Origin: a virus
Direction: 5' to 3' (one strand)
IMG/VR virus record: IMGVR_UViG_2974715105_000001
Location: 720 to 64,719 of that record
DNA length: 64,000 nt
A program made the translations under genes and the position numbers. The first letter of the stretch is position 1; each line of letters begins with the position of its first letter. The notes beneath the pieces were generated by a model that did no database searches, was not told the origin of the DNA, and worked only from the letters and a program-made list of their open reading frames with translations. Below are positions 17,425-27,405 of this stretch, piece by piece.

Positions 17425-18939
17425 GTGATCAGTCAGAGCCGTTATATCCGGATCATTTCCGGCGTAGGCGCAGGCGCTCCGGTCGCAGGCCGAAAGCTGA
17501 TTCTGCGCGTCATGACCACCAACAACGTCATTCCGCCTGGAATCGTCATCGAGTTCGACAATGCCAACGCGGTGCTGTCTTACTTCGGCGCCCAGTCTGA
17601 AGAATACCAGCGCGCTGCGGCCTATTTCAAGTTCATCAGCAAGAGCGTCAATTCTCCGTCCAGCATCAGCTTCGCTCGCTGGGTAAACACCGCCATCGCG
17701 CCGATGGTAGTTGGCGACAACCTGCCGAAAACCATCGCCGATTTCGCCGGCTTTTCCGCAGGCGTTCTGACCATCATGGTCGGCGCGGCTGAGAAAAACA
17801 TCACCGCCATCGATACGTCCGCCGCGACTTCCATGGACAACGTGGCGTCGATCATCCAGACCGAAATCCGCAAGAACACCGATCCGCAGTTGGCCCAAGC
17901 CACCGTCACCTGGAATCCGAACACCAACCAGTTCACCTTGGTCGGCGCTACCATCGGCACCGGCGTTCTGGCCGTGGCGAAATCGGCCGATCCGCAGGAC
18001 ATGTCCACCGCCCTCGGCTGGTCCACCTCCAACGTCGTGAACGTCGCCGGTCAGGCTGCCGACCTCCCCGACGCGGCCGTGGCCAAGAGCACCAATGTCA
18101 GCAACAACTTCGGCTCGTTCCTGTTCGCCGGGGCGACCCTCGACAACGATCAGATCAAGGCCGTGTCGGCCTGGAACGCGGCTCAGAACAACCAGTTCAT
18201 CTATACGGTTGCGACCTCTCTGGCGAATCTCGGCGCTCTTTTCGACTTGGTGAAGGGCAACTCCGGAACCGCGCTGAACGTTCTGTCTGCGACTGCCTCC
18301 AACGACTTCGTTGAGCAGTGCCCCAGCGAAATCCTGGCCGCTACCAACTATGACGAGCCGGGCGCTTCGCAGAACTACATGTACTATCAGTTCCCTGGTC
18401 GCAACATCACCGTGTCCGACGATACCGTTGCGAACACCGTCGACAAGAGCCGGGGCAACTACATCGGCGTCACCCAGGCCAACGGCCAACAGCTCGCGTT
18501 CTACCAGCGCGGCATTCTGTGCGGCGGTCCGACCGACGCGGTGGACATGAACGTCTACGCCAACGAAATCTGGCTGAAGTCCGCCATCGCCCAGGCTCTT
18601 CTGGATCTGTTCCTGAACGTGAACGCCGTTCCGGCCAGCATGGTCGGCGAAGCGATGACTCTGGCCGTCCTCCAGCCGGTTCTGGACAAGGCGACTTCCA
18701 ACGGAACTTTCACCTACGGCAAGGACATCAGCGCCGTCCAACAGCAGTACATCACCCAAATCACCGGTGATCGTCGCGCCTGGCGTCAAGTCCAAACCTT
18801 GGGTTATTGGATCAACATCACCTTCTCCAGCTATACCAACAGCAACACCGGCTTGACCGAGTGGAAGGCCAACTACACCCTGATCTATTCGAAGGGCGAC
18901 GCAATCCGCTTCGTCGAAGGATCGGATGTAATGATCTAA
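17425..18939 (+). CDS. Contractile tail sheath protein (DUF3383-like, 504 aa)
   Basis: YFGAQSEEYQRAAAYF; size and position; strong codon bias. Confidence 0.88.
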   Translation: MISQSRYIRIISGVGAGAPVAGRKLILRVMTTNNVIPPGIVIEFDNANAVLSYFGAQSEEYQRAAAYFKFISKSVNSPSSISFARWVNTAIAPMVVGDNLPKTIADFAGFSAGVLTIMVGAAEKNITAIDTSAATSMDNVASIIQTEIRKNTDPQLAQATVTWNPNTNQFTLVGATIGTGVLAVAKSADPQDMSTALGWSTSNVVNVAGQAADLPDAAVAKSTNVSNNFGSFLFAGATLDNDQIKAVSAWNAAQNNQFIYTVATSLANLGALFDLVKGNSGTALNVLSATASNDFVEQCPSEILAATNYDEPGASQNYMYYQFPGRNITVSDDTVANTVDKSRGNYIGVTQANGQQLAFYQRGILCGGPTDAVDMNVYANEIWLKSAIAQALLDLFLNVNAVPASMVGEAMTLAVLQPVLDKATSNGTFTYGKDISAVQQQYITQITGDRRAWRQVQTLGYWINITFSSYTNSNTGLTEWKANYTLIYSKGDAIRFVEGSDVMI

Positions 18940-18996
18940 CGGTTTGCGGCGGACTCGACCGCCGCAACCTTCCATGAATGGAGTGAGGAATAAGCA

Positions 18997-19449
18997 ATGA
19001 TCAACATTTCTGCGTTCGGCTCGATTGCCCAATTCACGGCAAGCAGAACCTTCCCGAACGGATTCACCGTGACCGAGTTCGCTGATGATGCGGACCCCAT
19101 CGACAGCCCGCCGTTCACTGCGGCTGATACCGGCGTCGGCCTCAATGGCGATATGGTGGTTTGGAACCGGGCCAACATCCTGGAAGTCGTCGTCAACGTC
19201 ATCCCGAACACCGAGGGTGAGCGCAACTTGGCCGTCCTGCTGGATGCCAACCGCACCGGAAAAGACAAGTCGGGTGCTCGTGATGTCATCGGTCTGGTCG
19301 TGGCGATGCCGGACGGTAGCAAAATCACCTGCACCAACGGCACCCCCATCGACGGCGTTCTGATCAACGCGGTGGCAAGCGTCGGCCGTCTGAAGACCAA
19401 GCCGTATCGGTTCCGATTTGAAAAAGTGATCAAAGCCGGTACTAGCTGA
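18997..19449 (+). CDS. Tail tube protein (150 aa)
   Basis: Follows the sheath gene; FADDAD...VGLNGDMVVW. Confidence 0.85.
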   Translation: MINISAFGSIAQFTASRTFPNGFTVTEFADDADPIDSPPFTAADTGVGLNGDMVVWNRANILEVVVNVIPNTEGERNLAVLLDANRTGKDKSGARDVIGLVVAMPDGSKITCTNGTPIDGVLINAVASVGRLKTKPYRFRFEKVIKAGTS

Positions 19450-19772
19450 TGAAGAAAATTCCGCTGACAGCAGTCCCCAATCAAGCGATCTCATTTAACG
19501 CCGGTAGCAGCTATTGGAAGATTCGCCTGTACCAGAACATGGACATGATGAATGCCGATATCAGCCGCGACGGCGTGATCGTTTGCCATGGGGTTCGCTG
19601 CTTCGGCGGGATTCCTCTTCTCCAGTACAGCCATCAGTACCGACCTGACTATGGCAATTTCGTCTTCGACCGCGACGCCGATTGGACATTGTTCGGCGAC
19701 GGCATCAACCTGTTCTATCTGGACGGCGCCGAATTCGCCGAGTATCAGGCGCTTGCCACGAGGAAAGAATGA
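19449..19772 (+). CDS. Tail/baseplate-associated protein (107 aa)
   Basis: Coupled ORF; IPLTAVPNQAISF motif common in myovirus tail modules. Confidence 0.7.
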   Translation: MKKIPLTAVPNQAISFNAGSSYWKIRLYQNMDMMNADISRDGVIVCHGVRCFGGIPLLQYSHQYRPDYGNFVFDRDADWTLFGDGINLFYLDGAEFAEYQALATRKE

Positions 19773-20119
19773 GCACATCAACGATCAGAACCGGGACGAA
19801 CAACGATATCCTTTTGGACGACAATGGAAACATGGTTATCCTCAGGGATGTCGAAGCGTGCGCCCAGGACGTTCGGGCGGCGATGCTCATGCGCACCGGC
19901 GAAAACATTTTCGATGTGAACTCCGGCGTGGGATATTTCGAATACATCTTCTCGCCGCAGAAAAGCTATGATGACGCTCGCAAATCCATCGCGGATGCAA
20001 TTTTATCCTCGCCGGATGTGACCGGCATCGAGCAGCTTGACATCGACATAACCGGGGAAGTCTTCGGCGTCGATGCGAAAGTCATCACCATCCACGGGCC
20101 TGTTACCACAGGAGTTTGA
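19769..20119 (+). CDS. Sheath initiator, gp25-like (116 aa)
   Basis: ATGA overlap; DILLDDNGNM...GENIFDVNSGVGYF...ILSSPDVTGIEQL. Confidence 0.75.
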   Translation: MSTSTIRTGTNNDILLDDNGNMVILRDVEACAQDVRAAMLMRTGENIFDVNSGVGYFEYIFSPQKSYDDARKSIADAILSSPDVTGIEQLDIDITGEVFGVDAKVITIHGPVTTGV

Positions 20120-20120
20120 A

Positions 20121-20552
20121 ATGAGTACCATCCGCATCCAATACGCCAACGGCACCCAACTGTTCCTGGACGGCAAAAATCCGCCGCCCCTGGACCCGCT
20201 GCCCTCGTTTAACCCGTCTGTCGAAGATCTGGAAGGCCTGGACCGCGAAAAGAACATCGACAAGGGCGACTCCTCGCCGGCCGGTCTTCCCGTTCCCCCG
20301 GTAAACGTCGATTCCAATGTCGACAACGGCGGAACCATCCCGGCTCCGGTATCGACCGACGCTGCTGCGGCCGAATCGGCCCCAGAAGGCGCCCAGGAAG
20401 CTCCTGCAGCAGGCCAAGGCGACGAGAAAGGCGCCGAGGAAGCCCCGACTACAGCCCCGGTAGAAAAGGCCGAGGAAACGGCCTCGCCGGCCGCTGAAGA
20501 GGAAACCCCGGCTCCCGCCAAGGCCACCTCTCGCAAAACCACCAGCAAGTAA
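20121..20552 (+). CDS. Low-complexity Ala/Glu/Pro-rich protein (143 aa)
   Basis: RBS AGGAG; mostly disordered composition. Confidence 0.72.
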   Translation: MSTIRIQYANGTQLFLDGKNPPPLDPLPSFNPSVEDLEGLDREKNIDKGDSSPAGLPVPPVNVDSNVDNGGTIPAPVSTDAAAAESAPEGAQEAPAAGQGDEKGAEEAPTTAPVEKAEETASPAAEEETPAPAKATSRKTTSK

Positions 20553-20561
20553 GGACTCGAC

Positions 20562-21065
20562 ATGATCAACGTCAGCGGCTTCGGCACAGGAATTGTAATA
20601 GTTTCAGCCTCATCGTTCCCGATGGGGTTTTCCTTGTCGAAGTTCGCTGATGATGAGAGTCCGATATCCTCCAAAGAGCTGGAGCCGTTCGGATATGAGA
20701 TGCTTTATGACGGCGGCCTATTCGCCTTTGACAAGGCTGCTCCTCTGGAAGTATCTGTATCCGTCATCGCAGGGAGCGAGGATGATATTAACCTTCGCAT
20801 CCTTCTCAATTCCAAAAAGGGATCATTCAGATTTCTTCCGGGCAGCATCCCGGATATGACGACTCTCGTGGCCACTCTTCCTGATGGCGGCCGCACCGTT
20901 CTGTCCAATGGGACTATCATCAAGGGTCCGGCCATCGACACCATACAGAACACCGGACGACGCAAAGGCAACACGTACACTTTTGTTTTCGGTAGCTATC
21001 TTGGCGCCCAGACTGCGCGTCAAGCCATTTCTAACGTTATCCAATCGGTGCTGGAGGTGGTCTGA
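20562..21065 (+). CDS. Tail tube paralog / tube initiator (167 aa)
   Basis: MINVSGFG...KFADDESPI parallels the tube protein MINISAFG...EFADDADPI. Confidence 0.78.
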   Translation: MINVSGFGTGIVIVSASSFPMGFSLSKFADDESPISSKELEPFGYEMLYDGGLFAFDKAAPLEVSVSVIAGSEDDINLRILLNSKKGSFRFLPGSIPDMTTLVATLPDGGRTVLSNGTIIKGPAIDTIQNTGRRKGNTYTFVFGSYLGAQTARQAISNVIQSVLEVV

Positions 21066-21604
21066 TGTTGGGGATTTTCACCAGCCTCCTAAGTTCGCGA
21101 TCTTTTTCGATTGTGGACCAAAACACAAACCAGCTAGTTGCTGCGGATTTGAGGATAAGCCGGGTCAACACCCGGTTTTCTTCTGTAGGGCAACGCCACA
21201 TGCTGGAAGATGGTACGACCAAGATGGATTCCAGAACGATCCACCCTATGGAAATCATCGTCGAAGTATTTTGCCCTTCAATTGATGTCGTCGATCAGAT
21301 CAATCAATTGCTCCTGGATCGCGACACACTGTACAAAGTCATCACTCGCGGCATGGTATTCGAACGGATGATGTGTACCAGCGAAGCGCTCAATCAGACT
21401 CCGGATATGATATCGGCGACTCCTGCGCGGCTGACATTCTCCCAAGTTCTCGTCCAGAATCCCAAGCCTATAATGTTCAGAAATGCAGGGGACTCTTCTA
21501 TGATCGACCGAGGGCTGGCCCTAGCTGAAGACGTGGTTGGCTCGGCCGGCGATCTGTTCGACTACGCAGTAAACGGCGTCCAGAACGCCGCAGACTTGTT
21601 CTGA
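21065..21604 (+). CDS. Baseplate cap / Dit-like protein (179 aa)
   Basis: LEDGTTKMDSRTIHPMEI; position before the tape measure gene. Confidence 0.65.
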   Translation: MLGIFTSLLSSRSFSIVDQNTNQLVAADLRISRVNTRFSSVGQRHMLEDGTTKMDSRTIHPMEIIVEVFCPSIDVVDQINQLLLDRDTLYKVITRGMVFERMMCTSEALNQTPDMISATPARLTFSQVLVQNPKPIMFRNAGDSSMIDRGLALAEDVVGSAGDLFDYAVNGVQNAADLF

Positions 21605-21612
21605 GGTGCCAA

Positions 21613-22206
21613 TTGAACTCTTTCCTCAAGTCTATTCTCAACACGCCTACTCTCACCATACGCAATGATGTTACCAAACTTCCTGTCTGGAAGAGTCTTC
21701 AAGTCAAGAAAGTGGAAATTTACTCGCCGGCTTCCGTAGTGTCGAAACCTCTGGCGACGAAAGACCAGACGGAAGCTCAAGTGTACACCGAAGCTCTGGA
21801 CATTGATGTGAAGAATGGAAAGATCATCCAACCGGTGCGACTCCGCATCAATGCTATCTGTCCGGACCTGTCCACCGTTGAAAGTATCATGAACGCTTTC
21901 AATGATAACACCTCGACTTTCGCTATCACTTCTAAGTCGATATTGGCCGATAAAATGGCCATCATGGCGCTCGATGTAGATCAGTCTCCAGACATGTTGA
22001 ACGCGGCTGAGATCAATATGGAATTCGAGCAGGTTGAGCCTCCAGTATTGAATGAATTCGATCCTGCGTTCCCTCAAGATAGTCCGACTTATGGGGTACA
22101 GATTCAATCTCTTTCTGATGCTAATTTGCTGGATTTGGGCGCCATCGGCGATTCGATATCTTCGGCCGCAAAATCGCTATATAATCGCGTGACCAGCTAC
22201 TTCTGA
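21613..22206 (+). CDS. Baseplate cap / Dit-like protein 2 (197 aa)
   Basis: Similar layout to the previous gene (KIIQPVRLRINAICPDLSTV vs TIHPMEIIVEVFCPSIDVV); TTG start. Confidence 0.65.
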   Translation: MNSFLKSILNTPTLTIRNDVTKLPVWKSLQVKKVEIYSPASVVSKPLATKDQTEAQVYTEALDIDVKNGKIIQPVRLRINAICPDLSTVESIMNAFNDNTSTFAITSKSILADKMAIMALDVDQSPDMLNAAEINMEFEQVEPPVLNEFDPAFPQDSPTYGVQIQSLSDANLLDLGAIGDSISSAAKSLYNRVTSYF

Positions 22207-22215
22207 GGATGTATC

Positions 22216-22644
22216 ATGCTTGAAATCAATCTTCCCGATGGCCGTCAAACTCGCGTACAAATCGAGGCGTGGTCGGCATTGGATGGCTGGGACCTCCAGC
22301 GCCGTTTCGTCGAATTCGCTGTCAGCCAAGATTCCGACTTCCGCCGCTCTTTCACCATGGAAATCCTGGGCTATGCGAAAGTGCTGCTTGGCGACGATGA
22401 CGCCGGCATTCCGCTGACCACCGCGGCAGTCATCAACAACCACCTCGGCCACTGGAAGAACGTGGAACTGGTTTTCAACTCTGTTCTCAAGCACAATGGC
22501 ATCGACCCGGCCACGCACGCCGACCGGCCGGACTATTGGGAACAAGTCGGATCGCAGATGGCCATCGCATTTCTGGCCGAGGCGTCCAAGCTCATTGGTC
22601 CAGCAATGAAGATCGCCGAAGGACTCGCCAACAAGCCGGAGTGA
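22216..22644 (+). CDS. Tail assembly or tape-measure-associated protein (142 aa)
   Basis: Immediately upstream of the tape measure gene; N-terminus shares SA(L/V)DG with 26087-26620. Confidence 0.65.
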   Translation: MLEINLPDGRQTRVQIEAWSALDGWDLQRRFVEFAVSQDSDFRRSFTMEILGYAKVLLGDDDAGIPLTTAAVINNHLGHWKNVELVFNSVLKHNGIDPATHADRPDYWEQVGSQMAIAFLAEASKLIGPAMKIAEGLANKPE

Positions 22645-22647
22645 TTC

Positions 22648-25224
22648 ATGTCTAGTGATTTGGATGAATTCATACTTCGGTATGAGGCCGATACTGCCAG
22701 AGCCGAGCGCAATCTGGAGCGCCTCCAGAACCAGATCAGGCGCGTGAACAGCGCATCGACGAGTGGCCTTCAGGATTTGCGCCACTTCGCAGACGGCGCG
22801 GCCACTGAACTCGGCCGAGTCGTTCCGCAGATCGATTCTGTGACGAGCGCGATTCGCGGGATGAACGCGCAACTGGCGATAGGCGCCACTGGCGTGGCCC
22901 TGGTCGCGGCCGGCGTCAAGGCGTTCATGAACACCAGGGACCAGTACAATCAGCAGCGCATCCAGGCGATGGACATCGGCATCGCCCCGGCACGCTTGGA
23001 AGAGTACCAGAGAAAATTCGTTCGCCAGTCCGGTGGAACCATCAGCCGCGAGCAGGGCGCGGAGATGACCAAAAATCTGGCAGACACTTTCCGGCGTGCT
23101 TATCGCGATATCGGGCGAGTCGGCCCGGAAGCGCGAATTCTGCGTATGGCCGGCGTTGATGTCGGGAGCTTCCAAAAGGGCATGCGGCCGCTCAACGACA
23201 TCATTACTGATCTGGCCACGAAAATGGCCAAGCTGAAGCCAGACGAAATTTCTGCCTACGCTGATGCCCTCGGCGTCTCGCGAGACTACCTGAGCACCCT
23301 GGCTAAGATCGGCCCGGCCATGGGAAAAGTCACCGAGATGACGACTGCGGAACTCCAGTCCAGGGTCCAGGGCGAGTCCAACATTCAGAAATTCAACGAT
23401 GCTCTGGCGAATCTCAACCAGACGTTCACCACCCTGGAAAACCGAGTCGGCGAAAAGCTCGCGCCTGCGTTCACCAAGCTGATCGAAATCATCGACAAGA
23501 TAGTCCAGGCTATTCCCAATGAAGTGGAAAGCTTCGCGAAGGACACCAAATCCCGTTGGGAAGATGGAGTGCTCGGGAAGGCGACCGTTGGCAGTGATAT
23601 CCTATCCCTCCTCAGCCCCGGCGCCCTGCTCGGTCGCCTGGCAGCGTGGGGGACTCGTCGCGGCATGGAAGAATCAGGGCTCATCGACAAGGACAAGGTT
23701 CCCGGCGCTCAAACCAGCGAAGACCTGGCCAAGAAACAAGAAGACCAGGACAAAGCTACGAAGTCGATGAAAGAGCTGGAGAAATTGGCCGACCAGACTA
23801 CGAAGTCAACGAATGATTTTGCGGTGGCGATCAACATGTTCAGTGGCGCGGTATCGTCGTTCGCGAATGCCGTTGACGAGCGCCAAGCTTGGGCAGCCTG
23901 GGCGGGGGAAATTGGTCGGGCGGTCGGTATGGGAAGCACCGCGCCGACTTCGCGGGCAACCGGCGTCTATCCGCACGCGATCTATGATCAGTCGAAGAGT
24001 GGCGCGGCCGGACAAGTCTTCGGCGAGCCAATCGGCGCCCAGTCTCTTCGCAATCGCATGTTCTCGCCGCAGCGCAAGGCAGAGCCGGTCACCGTTCCAT
24101 CGTACATCAACGATATCATCAAAGATGCTTCGAAGATGTACAACATTCCTGAGCTGGACATCAAGAAACTCATATACACCGAAAGCCGATTCAACGCCAG
24201 GGCCACCAGCGAAGCCGGAGCGAAAGGCCTCATGCAACTGATGCCGGAAATCGCCAAGGCGTATGGAATCACTGACGTATATGACCCTCGCCAGAACATC
24301 CTCGGCGGAACGCGCCTACTGCGTGAAAACCTAGATCGAGCAAATGGCGACATGCGGTTGGCCTTGACATACTATCATGGCGGACTCGATCCGAAGAACT
24401 GGGGCCCAAGGACTCGCGCATATCCGGGTTTGGTAATGAGCGCTCCAATCGAGCTGATGGAAGAGGCTCAGCGCAAGCAGAAGGCTGCGGCCATGGCCGT
24501 CGCCAACGAGACGTTCGCCCCGGAAGGCGGCGACATGGACATTCGTCCCTATGATGGCGGGCGACTGGAAACCCCAGACCAGGGCAAGAAGGAAGATGAG
24601 CGCCGCGAAGCCCGTCGATATGACGACAGGGTTGTGCGACCGGAAATTCGCATCATCGACCGCATGCCAGACCGCAGCGACGGCGAAATCCTCAAGATGT
24701 CTAGACGTCAAGAGGCCGACCGGGCAGATTCTGGATTCCGGAAGTTCCCGAATCAAGTTCGCGGCGAGACCAAGCAGAACATCCAGGCTCAACTCACTGC
24801 AGGAGCCATCGCGCAAGTGATCGGCGTTAACCCCAACCAGATCATGCGCCGCGAAATCAGCCGTTCTGACTTGCTGTTCGGATACAACCAAGCCATCCTG
24901 GGCAAGCAACAGGAGATCAAGGCCGCCGCGACCGAAGCCAACAACGTATTCCTGTCTCCAGCCAAGCTTGCCGAAGCCACGGCCAAGGTGAACGCCGCAT
25001 CGCGAGAAATGGATATTCTCAGGACGTACGGCGAGCAACTTCTGAAGAGCGCTCCAGAGCGCGGCCAGGAGCTGACCATCGGTCGAATCGACATGTTGGT
25101 CAACGTCACCGGCGCGAATTCTCCGGAAGAGGCTCGTGAGATATTCAGCAAGCAGACTGCAGACCAGCTGACTACGGCAATCCAGGACGCTCAAAACGAT
25201 TCCGCAACTAATATACTCTACTGA
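22648..25224 (+). CDS. Tape measure protein with lytic transglycosylase (SLT) domain (858 aa)
   Basis: Long helical protein; IYTESRFN...GAKGLMQLMP...ALTYYHGG SLT motifs. Confidence 0.9.
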   Translation: MSSDLDEFILRYEADTARAERNLERLQNQIRRVNSASTSGLQDLRHFADGAATELGRVVPQIDSVTSAIRGMNAQLAIGATGVALVAAGVKAFMNTRDQYNQQRIQAMDIGIAPARLEEYQRKFVRQSGGTISREQGAEMTKNLADTFRRAYRDIGRVGPEARILRMAGVDVGSFQKGMRPLNDIITDLATKMAKLKPDEISAYADALGVSRDYLSTLAKIGPAMGKVTEMTTAELQSRVQGESNIQKFNDALANLNQTFTTLENRVGEKLAPAFTKLIEIIDKIVQAIPNEVESFAKDTKSRWEDGVLGKATVGSDILSLLSPGALLGRLAAWGTRRGMEESGLIDKDKVPGAQTSEDLAKKQEDQDKATKSMKELEKLADQTTKSTNDFAVAINMFSGAVSSFANAVDERQAWAAWAGEIGRAVGMGSTAPTSRATGVYPHAIYDQSKSGAAGQVFGEPIGAQSLRNRMFSPQRKAEPVTVPSYINDIIKDASKMYNIPELDIKKLIYTESRFNARATSEAGAKGLMQLMPEIAKAYGITDVYDPRQNILGGTRLLRENLDRANGDMRLALTYYHGGLDPKNWGPRTRAYPGLVMSAPIELMEEAQRKQKAAAMAVANETFAPEGGDMDIRPYDGGRLETPDQGKKEDERREARRYDDRVVRPEIRIIDRMPDRSDGEILKMSRRQEADRADSGFRKFPNQVRGETKQNIQAQLTAGAIAQVIGVNPNQIMRREISRSDLLFGYNQAILGKQQEIKAAATEANNVFLSPAKLAEATAKVNAASREMDILRTYGEQLLKSAPERGQELTIGRIDMLVNVTGANSPEEAREIFSKQTADQLTTAIQDAQNDSATNILY

Positions 25225-26087
25225 TGAAAAAGAGAATTCTGCGAGTAACATTCAACATGCCTTATGGACCCGAAGTCATCCGCGAAGATCTGGATGTTCG
25301 GGTCCGGATTATGAAGGCTGCGTTGCGGATTCAGAACCGGGCGACGATGGAAATTTTCGGCCTCACCACTCAGCTGCGCGAGTCTCTTCTGTCGCAGTTC
25401 ACCGCGTGGAAGCACCGGCAACGTCAAGTGGGCAGGGAAGATGAATTGATGATCAAGGTGTCGGTGGAAGCCGGCTACTCTGACCAGGGGCGCGAGCAAG
25501 TTTCCAGAGTCTTTGTCGGCGAAGTTGCCATTGTCGATATCATTTCTCCGCCACCTGACATTGGAATCCGCATCCAGTGCTATACCAGGCAAATCGACAG
25601 GACGAAGACCATTCGGAATATGCCGCCCGCCAACACGACGTTTGTCAAGTTCGTCGAGTGGGGCGCGAACGAAATGGGATTGAACTTCATCTGCGATACC
25701 AGTTACAACGATCAAGTTCTGAAGAATCCGGGCCGGTCTATCACTGTCGCGTCGGCAATCCTGGCGTCGATTCAGGATATGTACATGCCGGACGTGGCCG
25801 CGTTCGTCGATGATGACATATTGATCGTGAAGGACCGCGATAAAGTCATTCGTCCGGATGAGGTGACCAACGTCAACTCGTTTGTTGGAATTCCATCTTG
25901 GTCTGAATGGGGCGTGGAATTCCAGTGTCTGTTTGAGCCATCGATTCGTGTGGCTGGAGGCGTAGCGGTCGAATCTCTCATGAATCCAAGTGTTAATGGT
26001 AACTATGTAATAACTGCTCTGGAATACGATTTGGCCAGTCGGGATCGGCCGTTCTATATCAAAGTCATGGGGAGTCCAGCAGCATAA
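25224..26087 (+). CDS. Baseplate hub protein (287 aa)
   Basis: Position between tape measure and spike genes; beta-rich hub pattern. Confidence 0.75.
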   Translation: MKKRILRVTFNMPYGPEVIREDLDVRVRIMKAALRIQNRATMEIFGLTTQLRESLLSQFTAWKHRQRQVGREDELMIKVSVEAGYSDQGREQVSRVFVGEVAIVDIISPPPDIGIRIQCYTRQIDRTKTIRNMPPANTTFVKFVEWGANEMGLNFICDTSYNDQVLKNPGRSITVASAILASIQDMYMPDVAAFVDDDILIVKDRDKVIRPDEVTNVNSFVGIPSWSEWGVEFQCLFEPSIRVAGGVAVESLMNPSVNGNYVITALEYDLASRDRPFYIKVMGSPAA

Positions 26088-26620
26088 TGGCCAGGGAAAT
26101 CAAATCATTCAACATGTTCGGAGTTCACTATACTTCGCGGCAATTCTCTGCTGTCGATGGGCTCAGCATGATGTCGGAAATTCAGAGCGTGCCGCCAGAA
26201 GAATTGCTCAAGGGTACTGATGTATTGGCGCATCCGGAAGACCATCCGGAAGGCGTCTGGCTTCCCTTGACCGCTGCGAACATAAATCTTTATGTCATTG
26301 ACCGGGCGAACGTAATAGCTCCCGTACAAGTGCTTGCGCTTTTATCTGAACTGGTCATAGATTGGAACTTTGGCTTCCTCAAAGATTGGACAGGGGTCAA
26401 AATTCCAGCCAGATTTGTCGAAGATATCAAAAGTGTGAAAACAGCCCATTCACCTTCTGTGGTCGCAAGTTTGGTGGCGAATGGGTCAGCTTCTATGCGC
26501 GAGCTGGAAGAATATTATTCGACTCAAGATGCCTTTAAGATGATTGACATCATGACGGCGAAGAGCGTGAATGAGGCTCTAGCGTCCGAAGCATCACAGA
26601 ACAGAATCAAAAAGGGATAA
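26087..26620 (+). CDS. Probable tail assembly chaperone (177 aa)
   Basis: C-terminal SMRELEEYYSTQDAFKMIDI resembles the C-terminal chaperone segment of myovirus tail modules. Confidence 0.55.
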   Translation: MAREIKSFNMFGVHYTSRQFSAVDGLSMMSEIQSVPPEELLKGTDVLAHPEDHPEGVWLPLTAANINLYVIDRANVIAPVQVLALLSELVIDWNFGFLKDWTGVKIPARFVEDIKSVKTAHSPSVVASLVANGSASMRELEEYYSTQDAFKMIDIMTAKSVNEALASEASQNRIKKG

Positions 26621-26651
26621 TTCCTAAGCGGGCCTGGGAAGGCTATACTAG

Positions 26652-27341
<690 letters not shown>

Positions 27342-27351
27342 GGAGAATTTC

Positions 27352-27405
27352 ATGGCTAGTTTTGATTTTTCTGATTTAACAGCGGGGGGGGGTTGTAATG
27401 GCTAA
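27352..27405 (+). other. Leader mini-ORF (17 aa) containing a G9 homopolymer
   Basis: Strong RBS AGGAGA before ATG 27352; G9 at 27384-27392; its stop overlaps the start of the next gene. Confidence 0.55.

Noticed and set aside
22500-22650. Programmed -1 frameshift in a tail chaperone before the tape measure gene
   Set aside because: No slippery heptamer and no second open frame bridging to the tape measure start; the stop is 3 nt before it.
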